Positions 38,272 to 50,750 are shown, numbered from the stretch's first letter. The stretch: DNA of 64,000 bases from Balanoglossus misakiensis (GCA_040954595.2 CM082583.2:11049656-11113655); one strand, 5' to 3'. Program-made: numbers and translations. Notes: a model not told the origin generated them from the sequence alone.

Positions 38272-40584
38272 TCACATAAAATCATCGTAATCATCGGCAT
38301 ATGTTGAATAGTCTTCCAAATCGTCTTTCTTGACAGTTTTTATAGCAGCTCCTTTCTTCTTTTTCGTCTTGCCTTTGGCCTGTGAGAATATGCAGATGAG
38401 AAAAGTCAGTCAGAGGGTGCATACAGTATTATCTGCGAGAATATGTTTGAATAGTCTGAAAATAAATCAAGTTATTAATGCTGTTTTGCGAGCCTTACCT
38501 TGCTAGCTTTGGCTTTTTCACTGGAGAGAACAGTTAACGTACTACCTAACCTCTTCACATCATCGGCATCCACTGAAAGAAATATGAAAAAAAAAAATTC
38601 TATTTAAAACCGAATGAAACCCACTTAATGTTCACAGACTCGCTATAATATCGACACACTCTGCTCTGTTAATGTTGGAGAACTGTGACTGTATACTCAC
38701 ATCCTACACAGCAGTCTCTGAACAGGTTGTCGAGGAAACTAACATAATGCGGTGATTTTTCAAATTGACAAAGTTTGTCTTTTAAAAGTCTGCCGTATTC
38801 GTCAAATTCTTCCCGTGTCAATGGATTCATGGAGTCTATTGTTGACTGGCCAAGTTCCTCTGAGGGGACACCTGTAGGAAGAAACAGATACAAGTAGAGG
38901 GTTGAGTTGACACAGTGGCTGTGGAGATAACACCAACCTTTTCACCTCCAGTTCCCTTTAGAGAGGTCCAACTTTATCGTAGAAAACAACAGATTTGGAT
39001 CAAACCATGGCGGTGAAAAGAGGGGTGCCTAAATGCGTCACTGTTCTTCTCGGAGTAGCTTGGACAGAAATCACTAGCAGCAACCATCTCAAAATAATCG
39101 CCCAAGTAAGTCACTTCAGCTCTTTGCAATAGTCTTTTTCATTTTGATGTAAGTGTATGGTTTGTGAAGTCTGTAGGATTGCTCACCAAATGCTTCCTTT
39201 GCTAATTCAAAATCAGCATCCTCTACAAGTTTCTGTTGTCGAAGTCTTTCAGCAGCTTGTTCCTCAGGAGTCATTTCTTCGAATCGCCTCTTTTCCTTTA
39301 AAAAAAATAAGACACAAAACATGTAAGATGTAGCGTTTCCTTGACTATCACAAAAATATCAAAGAATGGCAGGTCAACTGAATACAATGTAAATTTTTCA
39401 AATCTTTCAACACCTATGGTACACTTGGACCCTCCACAAAGGTAAGCGGGGGTGAATAGGTAAACCACTTTTACCTCTTCTTCCCTAGCTTTCTTTTCTT
39501 CTAATTCTTTCTGTTTCTTTTCTTCTTTTTCTTTTATTTTTTCCTTTATGCTCTTTTTCTTCTTCACCTGGACTGCTTTGACTGCTGATTCTGAAACACA
39601 CACAAACAGCATCATACATGCTTGGTAGTTGATACAAACACAAAAGTCGGGGGCAATTACAGCCTTGAAGAGAGCACTGTGATGCTCACTTCCTGCTGGT
39701 GTTTTTTTGCCAAGAGTAACTTAAGGATGCGCAATCGACGGACATGAAGGTCACAGTATAACCTACAAGGTCATGTGCTGTATTGACATCGAGTTTGTGA
39801 GTCTGAACCAGAAAGACCACTGAGTTAACCAAGAAGATGGTCTAACTTCTACTAGTGCACACTGGTATTATCAATGACAGCTTTGACAGCAAATCCCACT
39901 TACCATCTTCATCTGGGTTTTTTTCTTCCTCAGACTCTACATCCCAACTGTCCTAGATTAGAAAAAAAAATATCAGGGGTAAGTCAGTGGCTAGTGCGTA
40001 CGTTAGGCTGAAGTGCATGCATTTATTGTACTTCTACAAAAGGCAGTTGCTGTTTGCAACTGGGACCAGAGATCGTGGCAGCAGTTCAAGTCGACAGAAT
40101 TAATTTCGCTTAATGAATTAAACAGTCGGCTAGAACACCAGATACTAGGGGAATACTAAGTACGTGCACGCGCCCGGCAACTACCAGCTGGCAGATAGTG
40201 GGCGTTCATTTTTTCTCGGTATGTCGGCGACGGACGATTATACACGATCGATCCGTCACTTCAAGTTTAGAGACGAGAAAAACCTCTAAATATCGGTCTG
40301 TACGATTGAAATTCTTTAGATTTCTGGACTTCCTTTAGTACATCACATGCACTTGACACGTCGCGCCGGTTCACACATCTTACCTTCACATCCTCATCTT
40401 CGTCCTCCCCTTCCCACTTGTCGCCTCGTACTGCCTTCGTCACACCCGCGTCTACATCAAAGTTTTCATCGTCTGTTATTTTACAGAAACACAAACGTTA
40501 GAATCAACCCAAGATTGTCTACCCATAAAAAATTACATACTGTAAGATTGCCATGTGTTTGAAGTACTCACCCCACTCCGCCAT
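38272..40584 (-). CDS. EIF3J: Eukaryotic translation initiation factor 3 subunit J
   Basis: Eight exons, the first with 13 coding nt (ATGGCGGAGTGGG|GTGAGT). Motifs DKWEGEDEDEDVKDSWD, TPEEQAAERLRQQKLVEDADFELAKEAFG and C-terminal DYDDFM*. Confidence 0.95.
38933..39022. mobile_element. TTAA-MITE copy 3 (degenerate ends), in an EIF3J intron
   Basis: CCTTTTCACCTCCAGTTCCC..GAGGTCC..AGAAAAC..CAAACCATGGCGGTGAAAAG matches copies 1 and 2. Confidence 0.65.
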
Positions 40585-40688
40585 TTTGCTTTGCAATACC
40601 GCATTGAATCATGGGAGATTGCGTTATCTGAACTAGCGCCCCCACTTCCTCGGATGAGCGAATCGTTTGTTTTAGTTCTAGCATGTGA

Positions 40689-40785
40689 TAGCTGTGGGAC
40701 GCAGCTGTGTTGCGGCGGGGGGGGGGGGGGGGGCGATCTCCCCCCAGACCCCCACCCCCAACGGTACAGCTGCGTACCACAGCTA
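40689..40785. repeat. 97-bp inverted repeat with G-run/C-run core, upstream of EIF3J
   Basis: Arms TAGCTGTGGGACGCAGCTGT and ACAGCTGCGTACCACAGCTA are 19/20 complementary and enclose a long G run and C-rich tracts. Confidence 0.75.
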
Positions 40786-41992
40786 GCATATTGAAACACA
40801 TAGCCCTGACTGCGTCTACATATTATATGGCACCTTGGACGATTCTATATTAAATTGAGGGGTTAGTTTAGGGGTATGTTTGAGCACAGTCCCTCCACAC
40901 AGACCGCGCCCGTGGTTTGAATATAAACGAGTGAACTTTAGACCTCATTTAATAATTTGTACAACCAACCCGAAGTTGATTTTAACGATGTGTATCTCCT
41001 GCCCGGGACTGGATTGAACGCTTCGGGGAGTAGGAGAGCTGTCGCGTCGTAGACTACTGAAACAGTGAAAAGGCGACAAGGTAAAGTAAGGAAAGGAGCT
41101 GGTCTATGATCATCTAGTACTGCACTTCAGTGTTAACCTTGCCAAAGAACTTACAAATCTACGATGTCCCCGAACCATTCATTCTGTGAGTTTACGCGTG
41201 TCATTTCGTTTACCCGGCCGGTGACTAAACGCTTCCTATGTAAATGCGTAAGGGCACCAGCCGGTAGCAAATCTTCGAAACGCGAAAAAGCCTGACGAGT
41301 TCTCGGTGAAACGTGATCATACCAGCTCGAGGTTTATATTGATTGATTGATTGGTGTATATACTTCTGGCTTTTTCTATCCCCCCCCCCCCCCACTGTCG
41401 ATGTCAGTGCTAGGCCTGGTTATACACACATCTGACAGGCCTTTATTCAGTAGTCCACGTAGACTGCATAGCCAGCACGCATGGCTCACAAATTGGATAA
41501 ATTGGATAATTTCATATAATCATGTGTGACCATGGCAACAGCAGTAAATGGGCAATCTTCTTGCTTCCGGCCTTCACAGCTCGTTAGCACTCAATAATCT
41601 TCTGGAAAAACACTTGATTACCTACCAATTATCTAGTACAGAGGTATACTCACTAGTTTATATTGCGAAGGCATTTTCTTTTTTGATAACGTCCATTTCC
41701 AAATCAAATTACTAACTGCTGCATGCAATTGTACAATACCTTGTCCCATTTTTTTATATGACAAGAACTTAATCTGAAATTTGTCCATCCAAAAATCACC
41801 CATAACAATCAAAAGTAGGATGCCTACATCTGATTTTAATCAGATTGCTTATGGGGCTGAAGGAGATATTTTTAAAGAACATGTACTATTAATAATACTC
41901 ATGAAATGTATACACTGACATGAGTCTAAAAGTGCTTTTCTTGCTTTGCTTTGTGTTATGGTCAGCAGGTCTAACTGAGGTCAAAGTTCAAT

Positions 41993-43709
41993 ATGGCTGC
42001 TACTGACACTGTCAACAACGCACACACAGTTGGGCCAGATGACCTAATCAAACCGGCCCTGACTCTGGATGGTGCCAGGCAAGTTGTGGGCAAGCTGTAT
42101 GGATACAATGTGGAAGGTGTGAAACAGCTGGATAGCTACGATGATCAGAACTTCTACATCGCCGCCAAGTTTCCAAACTCGGACAAAGTGGAAGAGTTCA
42201 CCCTGAAGGTGATGAACAACAATGATTCGAAAGACGTCACATTGCTCGATGCGCAGACACAGGCCATGCTGTTTCTGAACGAAAGAGGTTTCAGCTGTCC
42301 AAAGCCTGTCAAGCTACCCAGTGGGGAATTCATGAGTTTGGAAAAAATAACCACAGACAAAGGTGAAGTTTAGCTCACTTGGCTGTAAAACATTATTTCA
42401 AGAAATTATAATATTATAGATTGGATGTGTGTCAGTCACTAAAAATGTGAAAGGATGGCACGCACAAAATAAACATGACAGTTCTTTTGGGCTATTTAAA
42501 GCTAAGCATAAACTCTGTTTTGTTCTATCCTGTTTTGTCTATTTTTACAAACCATTAGTCCAGACGATTAATCACTTTTCATTTCTGCTGCACCCTCTTT
42601 ACAGGCACTTTTGAACACATGGTGCGTCTACTCTCATACATCCCCGGGCAGCTGTACAAAGAGGCTGAAATGACCCCTGACCTTTGCTACCAGGCTGGCA
42701 GGCACATAGCAACCGTCGACATGGCTCTAAAAGTGAGTTGCAACATCATTAAGCCATATTTTGAACTCACCAGTTGTTTGAAGTAAAAAAAAAATTCTGT
42801 GCTAAAAGGCTATATCTATCAACCAACCAAAATGCATTTTCTTCTTTTTTGTCAACAGGATTTGCATCATAAAGGATTTCATCGCCCTGAATTTATTTGG
42901 ACCTTACAAAATTTTCCCAGCATTGAGAAGTATGTGTATGTTTTCGAGGAAGAGTGGAAGAGAGACCTGATTCATTCTGTTGTCAAAGCCTTCAAGGTGC
43001 ATGTGGAGCCAAACTATGACAAAATGACAAAGGGTGAGTTAATTAACACAGCATTCCTGCTTGGCTGTCATGGCGACACGGTCTAAATTTATAAAGCCTC
43101 AGGGATCTTGTATTGGCCACGCCCAATTGGCACACATTCTCAGTGCATGCATATGCCACACATGCATGAACCCATACTACTCTAAGGAATATTCATGTGT
43201 ATTATTGTTCATATGCATTAACAGGGGTTATTCATGGCGACTACAATGAGGGGAACATACTGATTATGCCTAAAGAAATCAACAGCAACATCATCAGCGG
43301 CGGCCAAGATTCAAACAAGGCAAGGTCAACCAATTATGAAATCTGTGGTTTGCTAGATTACGGTGATATGTCGGACGGCTATGCCGTGTTTGAAGTTGCC
43401 ATTTCACTGGCGTACACAATGCTTATGAGTGATGACCCGATCCAAAGCGGTGGTCACATGTTGGCAGGTTACCTGTCTGCATTTCCCCTCTCCACCCTGG
43501 AGAGGGCGCTGGTGTACTACTGCGTCGCTGCTCGTATTTCTCAGTCCGTGGTTCTGGGAATGTACACGTTCACTCTGCACCCCGAAAACAAGTATTTGCT
43601 CAACACTCAGAAGTCAGGATGGATTCTGTTGGAAAAGTTGTGGAGCACCCCAATAGAGAAAGTTGAACAAGAGTGGTCGAACATAATACAAACATACTCT
43701 GATCAGTGA
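41993..43709 (+). CDS. HYKK: Hydroxylysine kinase (aminoglycoside phosphotransferase fold)
   Basis: Exons 41993-42362, 42605-42732, 42859-43033, 43225-43709. Motifs LDSYDDQNF, VRLLSYIPG, IHGDYNEGNIL, GLLDYGD and PENKYLLNTQKSGW. Confidence 0.9.
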
Positions 43710-43799
43710 AAACATAAACGATGACAACTTTACCTGTTATTCACAATTTTATTTCCATTTTATTCTTGTTATATCAGAAAAATAATATGCAATATATCA

Positions 43800-46700
43800 T
43801 TAAAGTTTAAGTTTAGCAGATGAAATTGTTTTTTCCTTCTTTTTCTTTTTGGTTTTTATTTGTTTGATTTCGGACGAGACTTCATCCTGCAGTTTAGTGA
43901 AGAATGCCTTGGACGATGAAAGAGTCTTCTTGTCACCACGGCGATCATCCTACAATGGAATAACAAAAAAGACAACATCATTTCCTGTTGACCTTTCATC
44001 CCCATTTCTAAATTGCACGTGACATTGAATATGTTAATTAATAAGTTCATCCTGTAGATACCTTAATCACTGTCGTCTTGCCATCAAATTTGCTTTGCTT
44101 TTCTAACTTCGCAAGGGCTGCTTTTTTGCTGTATTTGTTTCCAAGTCCAGGGTTGATTTTTTCGACCAATTTTAATCGTTTCTCCTTGTCCTTCTTGCGT
44201 ATGTGTTGATTTTTCTTTTTCTTTCTTCTTTCCCTCTTCCTGTCTGTCGCCGTTTTCTCAGAAGCTCCAAGAATTTCACCTCTGGGCTTTTCCTGTGAAT
44301 TACAATTGAAAGCATAATGACAGGTTGCACTTCACAGTGACCATGATCGCACCTAAGGGCTACAGATACAATACAAAAAAAGCTGGAAAGTAGGCCAAAG
44401 TTACAGCTGCATGAACTTACTTTGACTTCCTCCGGTGCAAGTACATTCGCATCGCTGACACCAATAGGAGCCACTTCTTCCATGGTTATGGATGGCATGT
44501 TTGACACAATCTTGATTTCAGGAATAGCCTGGATGAACAATTGAATAACACATGTACCAAGAGTTTGACAAGAGTGTCTACATCTTCAGTGAAATCAAAA
44601 TATTTCTCTGATGAACATTTGTATATGTATACTTTTACAATTCAGAGTTAACCAACACATGCCGCAGTGACTTCAATGCTCTTGCAGTGAAACTTACCGG
44701 CTTGGGTGTGTAGTGGAAATTTGACAGCGCGTCCAGCTTGAGAAATAATGAATCCATCATCTTCTTGATTTCCGTGTGTTCTTTATTCTCTTCCTCTTCA
44801 TTCAGTTGCTATGACAACAGAAAGTGGAGCGGGTAAGATTGTCACCATGTCACTAGAACACTAGAAATATCGCTGAGGGTTTTTCAAGTCAGCTTTATGT
44901 CCACCAAACATGAGTATGGTAAATGCACCGAATAATGATTGACTCTATTGCCATCACATTAAAAAAAATCATCTCACCTTTGCCTGTTTGAGATATTCCC
45001 GTTCATAAATTTCCCCCAGACTCATCTTGCTCTTCTCTTGATCCAGTGTCACTCTCTTCCTGAACTCGAAGGCTTCCTCTTTGGGTTTGTGTTTCCTGAC
45101 CACGTCATCCCAAGCCTCGTCTTTGATCCTTTGCTTAATGATGTCTTCCAGCGTGTGCGTGGTCTCATCCGTTATGACAGGAGCTGAAGTTTGGTAATCC
45201 CAGAGAAGGTTGAGTCAAAAACTTTGCTGTGAACTGTTTCTATTTTGTTCTCAAACTGGTCTACTTTTGAACCTGGTACATGTACTTGAACATAAAATGT
45301 TTAATGGGAGTGCAAACTCTTGTTTTTCATCATTGTCATATCATAACATTTTATCCTAGGTATGTTATCTCACCTGGTCTTGTTGTATGATCAAATTCAA
45401 CGTGTTCCTCCAAGAGACTGTTATCTGGTCGTTTTGCTGCCGAAGTTTCACCCATCAGTTGCCATGGTTTCTCTGCTAGGTTGGCTTCTTGTAACTGGTT
45501 GATTTTCTCTTGCAACTGTTGGAAAATTAGAATAAAATCATTTAATGGTGTTTTGTCAATGTCAACAGTGTAAACACTGATACAAAACTTTGCCAATGAA
45601 AATACAAGACTTGTAAGGGTGATGGTTGGTGATTTATGACTGCCACCATTACAAGCTGTGCTCACTTTTCTCAAAGAAGTGCGCAACTTCAACTCAAAAA
45701 TAACAATCCTTAGTACTAACTTTTTCTTGTCTTTTCTCAAACGTAGACTTTTGTTTTTTATTGCCTCCAATGATGTCTGAGACATCCTCTCCTTCACTGT
45801 CACTTGCAGCAAATATATCCCTGGTTAGACGACTGTCACCTCTCTTCTCTACACCTTCTATCTTTCCCAGATCACCGTCATCTTCACTATCACCAGAACT
45901 GACTTCATCGGCATCATTTCCATCATCCTCGCCCCTAGAATGTGATAATCAAAAACAGCATTACAGAAGTCTGCTTCCTTGTGGGCCACAAGATAGCAGC
46001 TTTGTCAATCTAAAGACTGACCCCCAGAAAAAAAATAACATGCCCTCACCAGTTTTCAGCATCCTCCTCCATCATAGCATTATCGTCATCAACATCACCA
46101 TCTTCTTCTTCTTCCACATCAAACTGCACCTTTCTTGTTTTACTTTTCTTTTCTTTCCTCATAGAATCTTCCGGAGCATCAAAGAAGTCGCTGTATTTCA
46201 TATTTCTGGCATCTTTTCCTTCTTGAAGTGAAAATAAAACGTCATCATTCTCCTCTTCATCCTCCTCCTCATCATCATCCTCAGAAGGTATATCTTCAAA
46301 CATGTCTACATCTTCCTCATCATCATCATCTGACCCACTTTCATCCGGGTTGTCTTCTCTTCTCCTCCGTCTGTCCTCCTTGGCATCCTCTGCTTCTAGA
46401 AACATCTCCATGTCGGCCAATTTGAAAAACTTGTCGTCCACAACGGAAGGTCCTTTCCTTTTCAGACTGCCCTTTGGAGGCAGAGGTTGGGATCTGGGTT
46501 TTGGTTTTGATTTCCCCATCAGGACATCCAGGTCAGGGTCCTCTGTTTCTGAATCTAACAACTGAGAGAGTCTGTCCTGTTTGCCAAGCTCAGGAAAGAG
46601 ATCCTGGCTTGCATCATATTCCTCATCATCAATCTCATCATCATCATCATCATCTTCTTCTTCTTCATCCATCTCCTCCTCTTCCTCCTCCATTTCCTCA

Positions 46701-47425
46701 TAATCATCCTCGCCCTCACTCTCCTCGACTGGTAATAAAGTGACACCCTCCTTTGTCGTCACAAGCTTTGACACATTTCGGATCATCTGTGAGATGCAGG
46801 CATCATTTTGCAGTTCAATTTCTTGCCATATTTGTTCATTGTCAAAGTCATCGATGATGAGTTCAGTCAGGGGTCCCTGATTGTCCTCTGGGGTTTCGCT
46901 CTGTGTGTAGTCGTATATGCGCTTAGTAAGCTGTCTAAATCTCTGTGCAAGTTTAGGTGCAGCACTGAAATGGGAATAAAATGGGGTTATAACAATACAC
47001 ATGTATATTGTGCACATTGCTTTGTGGGGCTCCTGAGAGGTGCCAGAAGGTCAAAGTTCACATCATTCCTTTTCGCGTTTTTACAGTTCAGCAGCTCGAC
47101 CTTCGAGGTTTTGCCTGTCAGTTTTGGGGTCAGGTGGCTACACCAAATTACAACAGATCACAAAGGCAGCTGTTATTACATGTATAACCATGGAACTAAG
47201 AGTTCCGAGACGGTGTACATGTACTGTACATGTTTCGATCCTACAGCAGCATCATGGAGCACACTGCCACAGTCGGGTGAGTCCCCCTATCATTATGTAC
47301 CACTACTAGGAGTTTTATCAAGCAACTACCTACCCGATAAACGTTTCCGGAACCTTCGTACATGAACTAAATTCTTGAGATATGACATCAAGATCACGGA
47401 AACCTGTCCCTTTTGGCGAAGCCAT
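43800..47425 (-). CDS. MPHOSPH10: U3 snoRNP protein MPP10
   Basis: Nine exons from the ATG at 47425. Motifs [77 protein letters not shown] and C-terminal AKLKL*. Confidence 0.95.
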
Positions 47426-47960
47426 CCTGTTTTCGTTCCCACACGTGTTAACCACTCGTGAAGCCCGCCCTCAAGCAGAGATGTTTAACTTCCGGGTTAT
47501 ACGTTTGCTTGGAAACCACACACTAAAAATTAAAAAGGCGTCGACGTCCGCGGAATCTTCGACTTTTGAGCCTATTAAACAAAGACCAAATCATTGCGTT
47601 TCTCTGTATTTCGACCAGGGTATCTGTGCTGTGTAGATAATGTATTTAGAAACCATAAAATAACCCTGCACTCAAAGAGGATGAATCTGCAAATTAATAT
47701 GATCTGTTACTTGCTGGAATGACATTGACGAGTTTTGTAACATTAAAAGATGTGTTACAATAACCACACATAACTATAACAAACAACGCAAGCAAGCAAT
47801 AACCAGATATGAACTGAATGTCCTCACGTAGAACCTATTGTTATTGAGATATCGTGCTAAAAGACACACACGCACAGAAGAGGCGACGGGTCACGTGGTT
47901 AATAATCAGTTCACATGAGGTGAAAATGCCCAACAATCTCTTATTGGGCAATTTAAAACA

Positions 47961-50750
47961 AAAATATAGCTGCAAGCAGCGATGACGGGCACAAGCTTAA
48001 GCCGAAGGTCAAAGGTCATATGTGGTCGCCCAAAATTTGGGCAAAAAGTTTTGATCCCAATACTAGTCCAGGTCCAACAGAAACCAGACCTCTAGCCCTA
48101 TTGGCTTGTCTGAAATTAGATATGCGCATAATGAATGATGTAAAGTGTAAGACTCCATTAATAGTTCGATCCATCCAAACACAAATGCTGTACCTGTTCT
48201 GGATGCCGAGATATAGGAAAGTAGGTCAAAGGTCACCTGAGGCCACCCGAAAGTTGGGCAAAAATTTTTGACCCCATACTAGTCCAGGTCCAACAAAAAC
48301 CAGACCTCTAGCCCTATTGGCTCGCCTAGAATTAGATATGCACATAATTAATGAGGTAAAGTATAAGGCTCCATTAGGAGTTCCATGCCTCCAAATGCAA
48401 TGCCTGTATCTGCGTGGGTTGCCGAGATATGGTAAAGTAGGTCAAAGGTCACCTGAGGTCAACCAAAATTGGGCAAGAAATTTTAACCCCATACTGGTCC
48501 ATGTTCAACAAAAATCAAACCTCTAGCCCTATTGGCTAGCCTGGAATTAGGTATGCACATAATTAATGAGATAAGCAGGTGTCACAGGTGACCCCCAATT
48601 TTGTCTTTTCAATTTTAGTCACAACCCTCCATACGCCAAGTCTGTACCTGCTGTGGATGCCAAGATATAGGAAAGTAGGTCAAAGGTCACCTGAGGTCAC
48701 CCAAAATTTGGGCAAACATTTTTGATCCCATACTGGTCCATGTCCCACAAGAACAAAACCTCTAGCTGTATTAGTTAGCCTGGAATTAGGTATGCACATA
48801 ATTAATGAGTTAAGCAGGTGTTACAGGTGAGCCGAAAATTTTGCCTTTTATTGTGGTCCCATTCTGCTCACGGGCCAATAGAGAGTCACTGCACAGGACC
48901 ATTGCACAGACGTGGACATAGCGTCATAGCTTAACTATAGAAAGTATAGGCCCATGGCTGGGTCCAAAAAATATGAAATATAATATTTAAAAATCTTCTT
49001 CTCAAAATTGACTTGGCCCAGAGCCTTGAAATTTAGCATGTAGGACACTGACCATATGGTCCGCAAAATGATTGCACAGAATTTTGATATCGTCATTCAT
49101 ATGCAAATTAGGCCCATTTGAAAACTTTGCCCATATATGGTCATCAGGTCATGTGACTAATTACACATTCACGAGGGTACTGCACGAGCTCTCATAGACC
49201 TGCACCATTGTGCCAAGTTTGAGATTTGTAGGTTCAGTCGTTTTCAAGATCTACCTGAGCAAAAAAACTACACAAGAAAAAAAAAAAAAAAAATATAGCT
49301 GCAAGCAGCGATGACGGGCACAAGCTTAAGCCGAAGGTCAAAGGTCATATGTGGTCACCCAAAATTTGGGCAAAAAGTTTTGACCCCCATACTAGTCCAG
49401 GTCCAATAGAAACCTGACCTCTAGCCCTATTGGTTTGTCTGAAATTAGATATGCACATAATTAATGATGTAAAGTGTAAGACTCCATTAATAGTTCGATC
49501 CATCCAAACACAAATGCTGTACCTGTTCTGAATGCCAAGATATAGCAAAGTAGGTCAAAGGTCACCTGGGGTCACCCAAAATTTGGGCATAATTTTTGAC
49601 CCCATACTGTCCCACAAGAACAAAACCTCTAGCCCTATTGGTTAGCCTGGAATTAGGTATGCACATAATTAATGAGATATGCAGGTGTCACTGGTGACCC
49701 CAAATTTTGGCTTTTCAATTTTAGTCCCAACCCTCCAAACGCCAAGTCTTTGCCTGCTCTGGTTGCCAAGATATGGTAAATTAGGTCAAAGGTCACCTGA
49801 GGTCATGCAACATTTGGGCAAGAAATTTTGAGCCTATACTGGTCCATGTTCAACAAAAATCAAACCTCTAACCCTATTGGTTAGCCTGGAATTAGGTATG
49901 CACATAATTAATGAGATAAGCAGGTGTCACAGGTGACCCCCAATTTTGGCTTTTCAATTATAGTCCCAACCCTCCAAACGCCAAGTCTGTACCTGCTATT
50001 GATGCGGAGATATAGGAAAGTAGGTCAAAGGTCAACTGAGGTCACCCAGAATTTGGGCAAATTTTTTTAACCCCATACTGGTCCATGACCAAAAAGAACG
50101 AAACCTCTAGCCCTATTAGTTAGCCCGGAATTAGGTATGCACATAATTAATGACTTTAGCAGGTGTTACAGGTGAGCCCGAAATTTTGCCTTTTAATTTG
50201 GTCCCATTCTGCTCACGGGCCAGTAGGCAGTCACTGTACAGGACAATTGCACAGACGTGGACATAGCGTCATAGCTTAACTATAGAAAGTATTGGCCTAT
50301 GGCTGGGTCCACAAATATGACAAATAATATTTAATAATCTTCTTCTCAAAATAGACTTGGCCCACGGCCTTGATATTTGGCATGTAGGACACTGATCACA
50401 TGGTCCACAAAAGTTGCTAAAAGAATTTTGATATCTCCATTCATATGCAAATTAGGCCCATTTGAAAACTTTGCCCATATATGGTCATCAGGTCACATGA
50501 CTAATTAAACATTCACAGGGATACTGCACCAGCTCTCATAGGCCTGCATCACTGTGCCAAGTTTGAGATTTGTAGGTTCAGCCGTTTTCAAGATCCTATT
50601 GGGCAAAAAAACTACACAAGAAAAAGAAGAGGATGAAAAACCCCAGTAATACCAATAGGGCACAAGCCTGCTTGGCTTGTGCCCTAAAAAAAAAGATGAA
50701 AAACCCCAGTAATACCAATAGGGCACAAGCCTGCTTGGCTTGTGCCCTAA
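47961..50750 (-). mobile_element. Non-autonomous Helentron-associated (HINE/DINE-1-like) element; two ~1.35-1.4-kb copies, one nested in the other
   Basis: 3' stem-loop GCTGC-AA-GCAGC at 47969 and 49298; subterminal repeat GGGCACAAGC at 47987 and 49316; 5' hairpin TAGGGCACAAGC..GCTTGTGCCCTA at 50656-50686 and 50719-50749; internal tandem repeats of about 215-240 bp; no long ORF; ends lie in A/T tracts. Confidence 0.75.

Noticed and set aside
46228-46746. His/Ser/Met-rich alternative-frame ORFs and (TCA)n/(TCC)n runs
   Set aside because: They are shadows of the acidic Asp/Glu tracts of MPP10.
46965-47333. C/D-box snoRNA in MPHOSPH10 intron 1
   Set aside because: Only an imperfect C box, with no terminal stem or recognisable rRNA antisense element.
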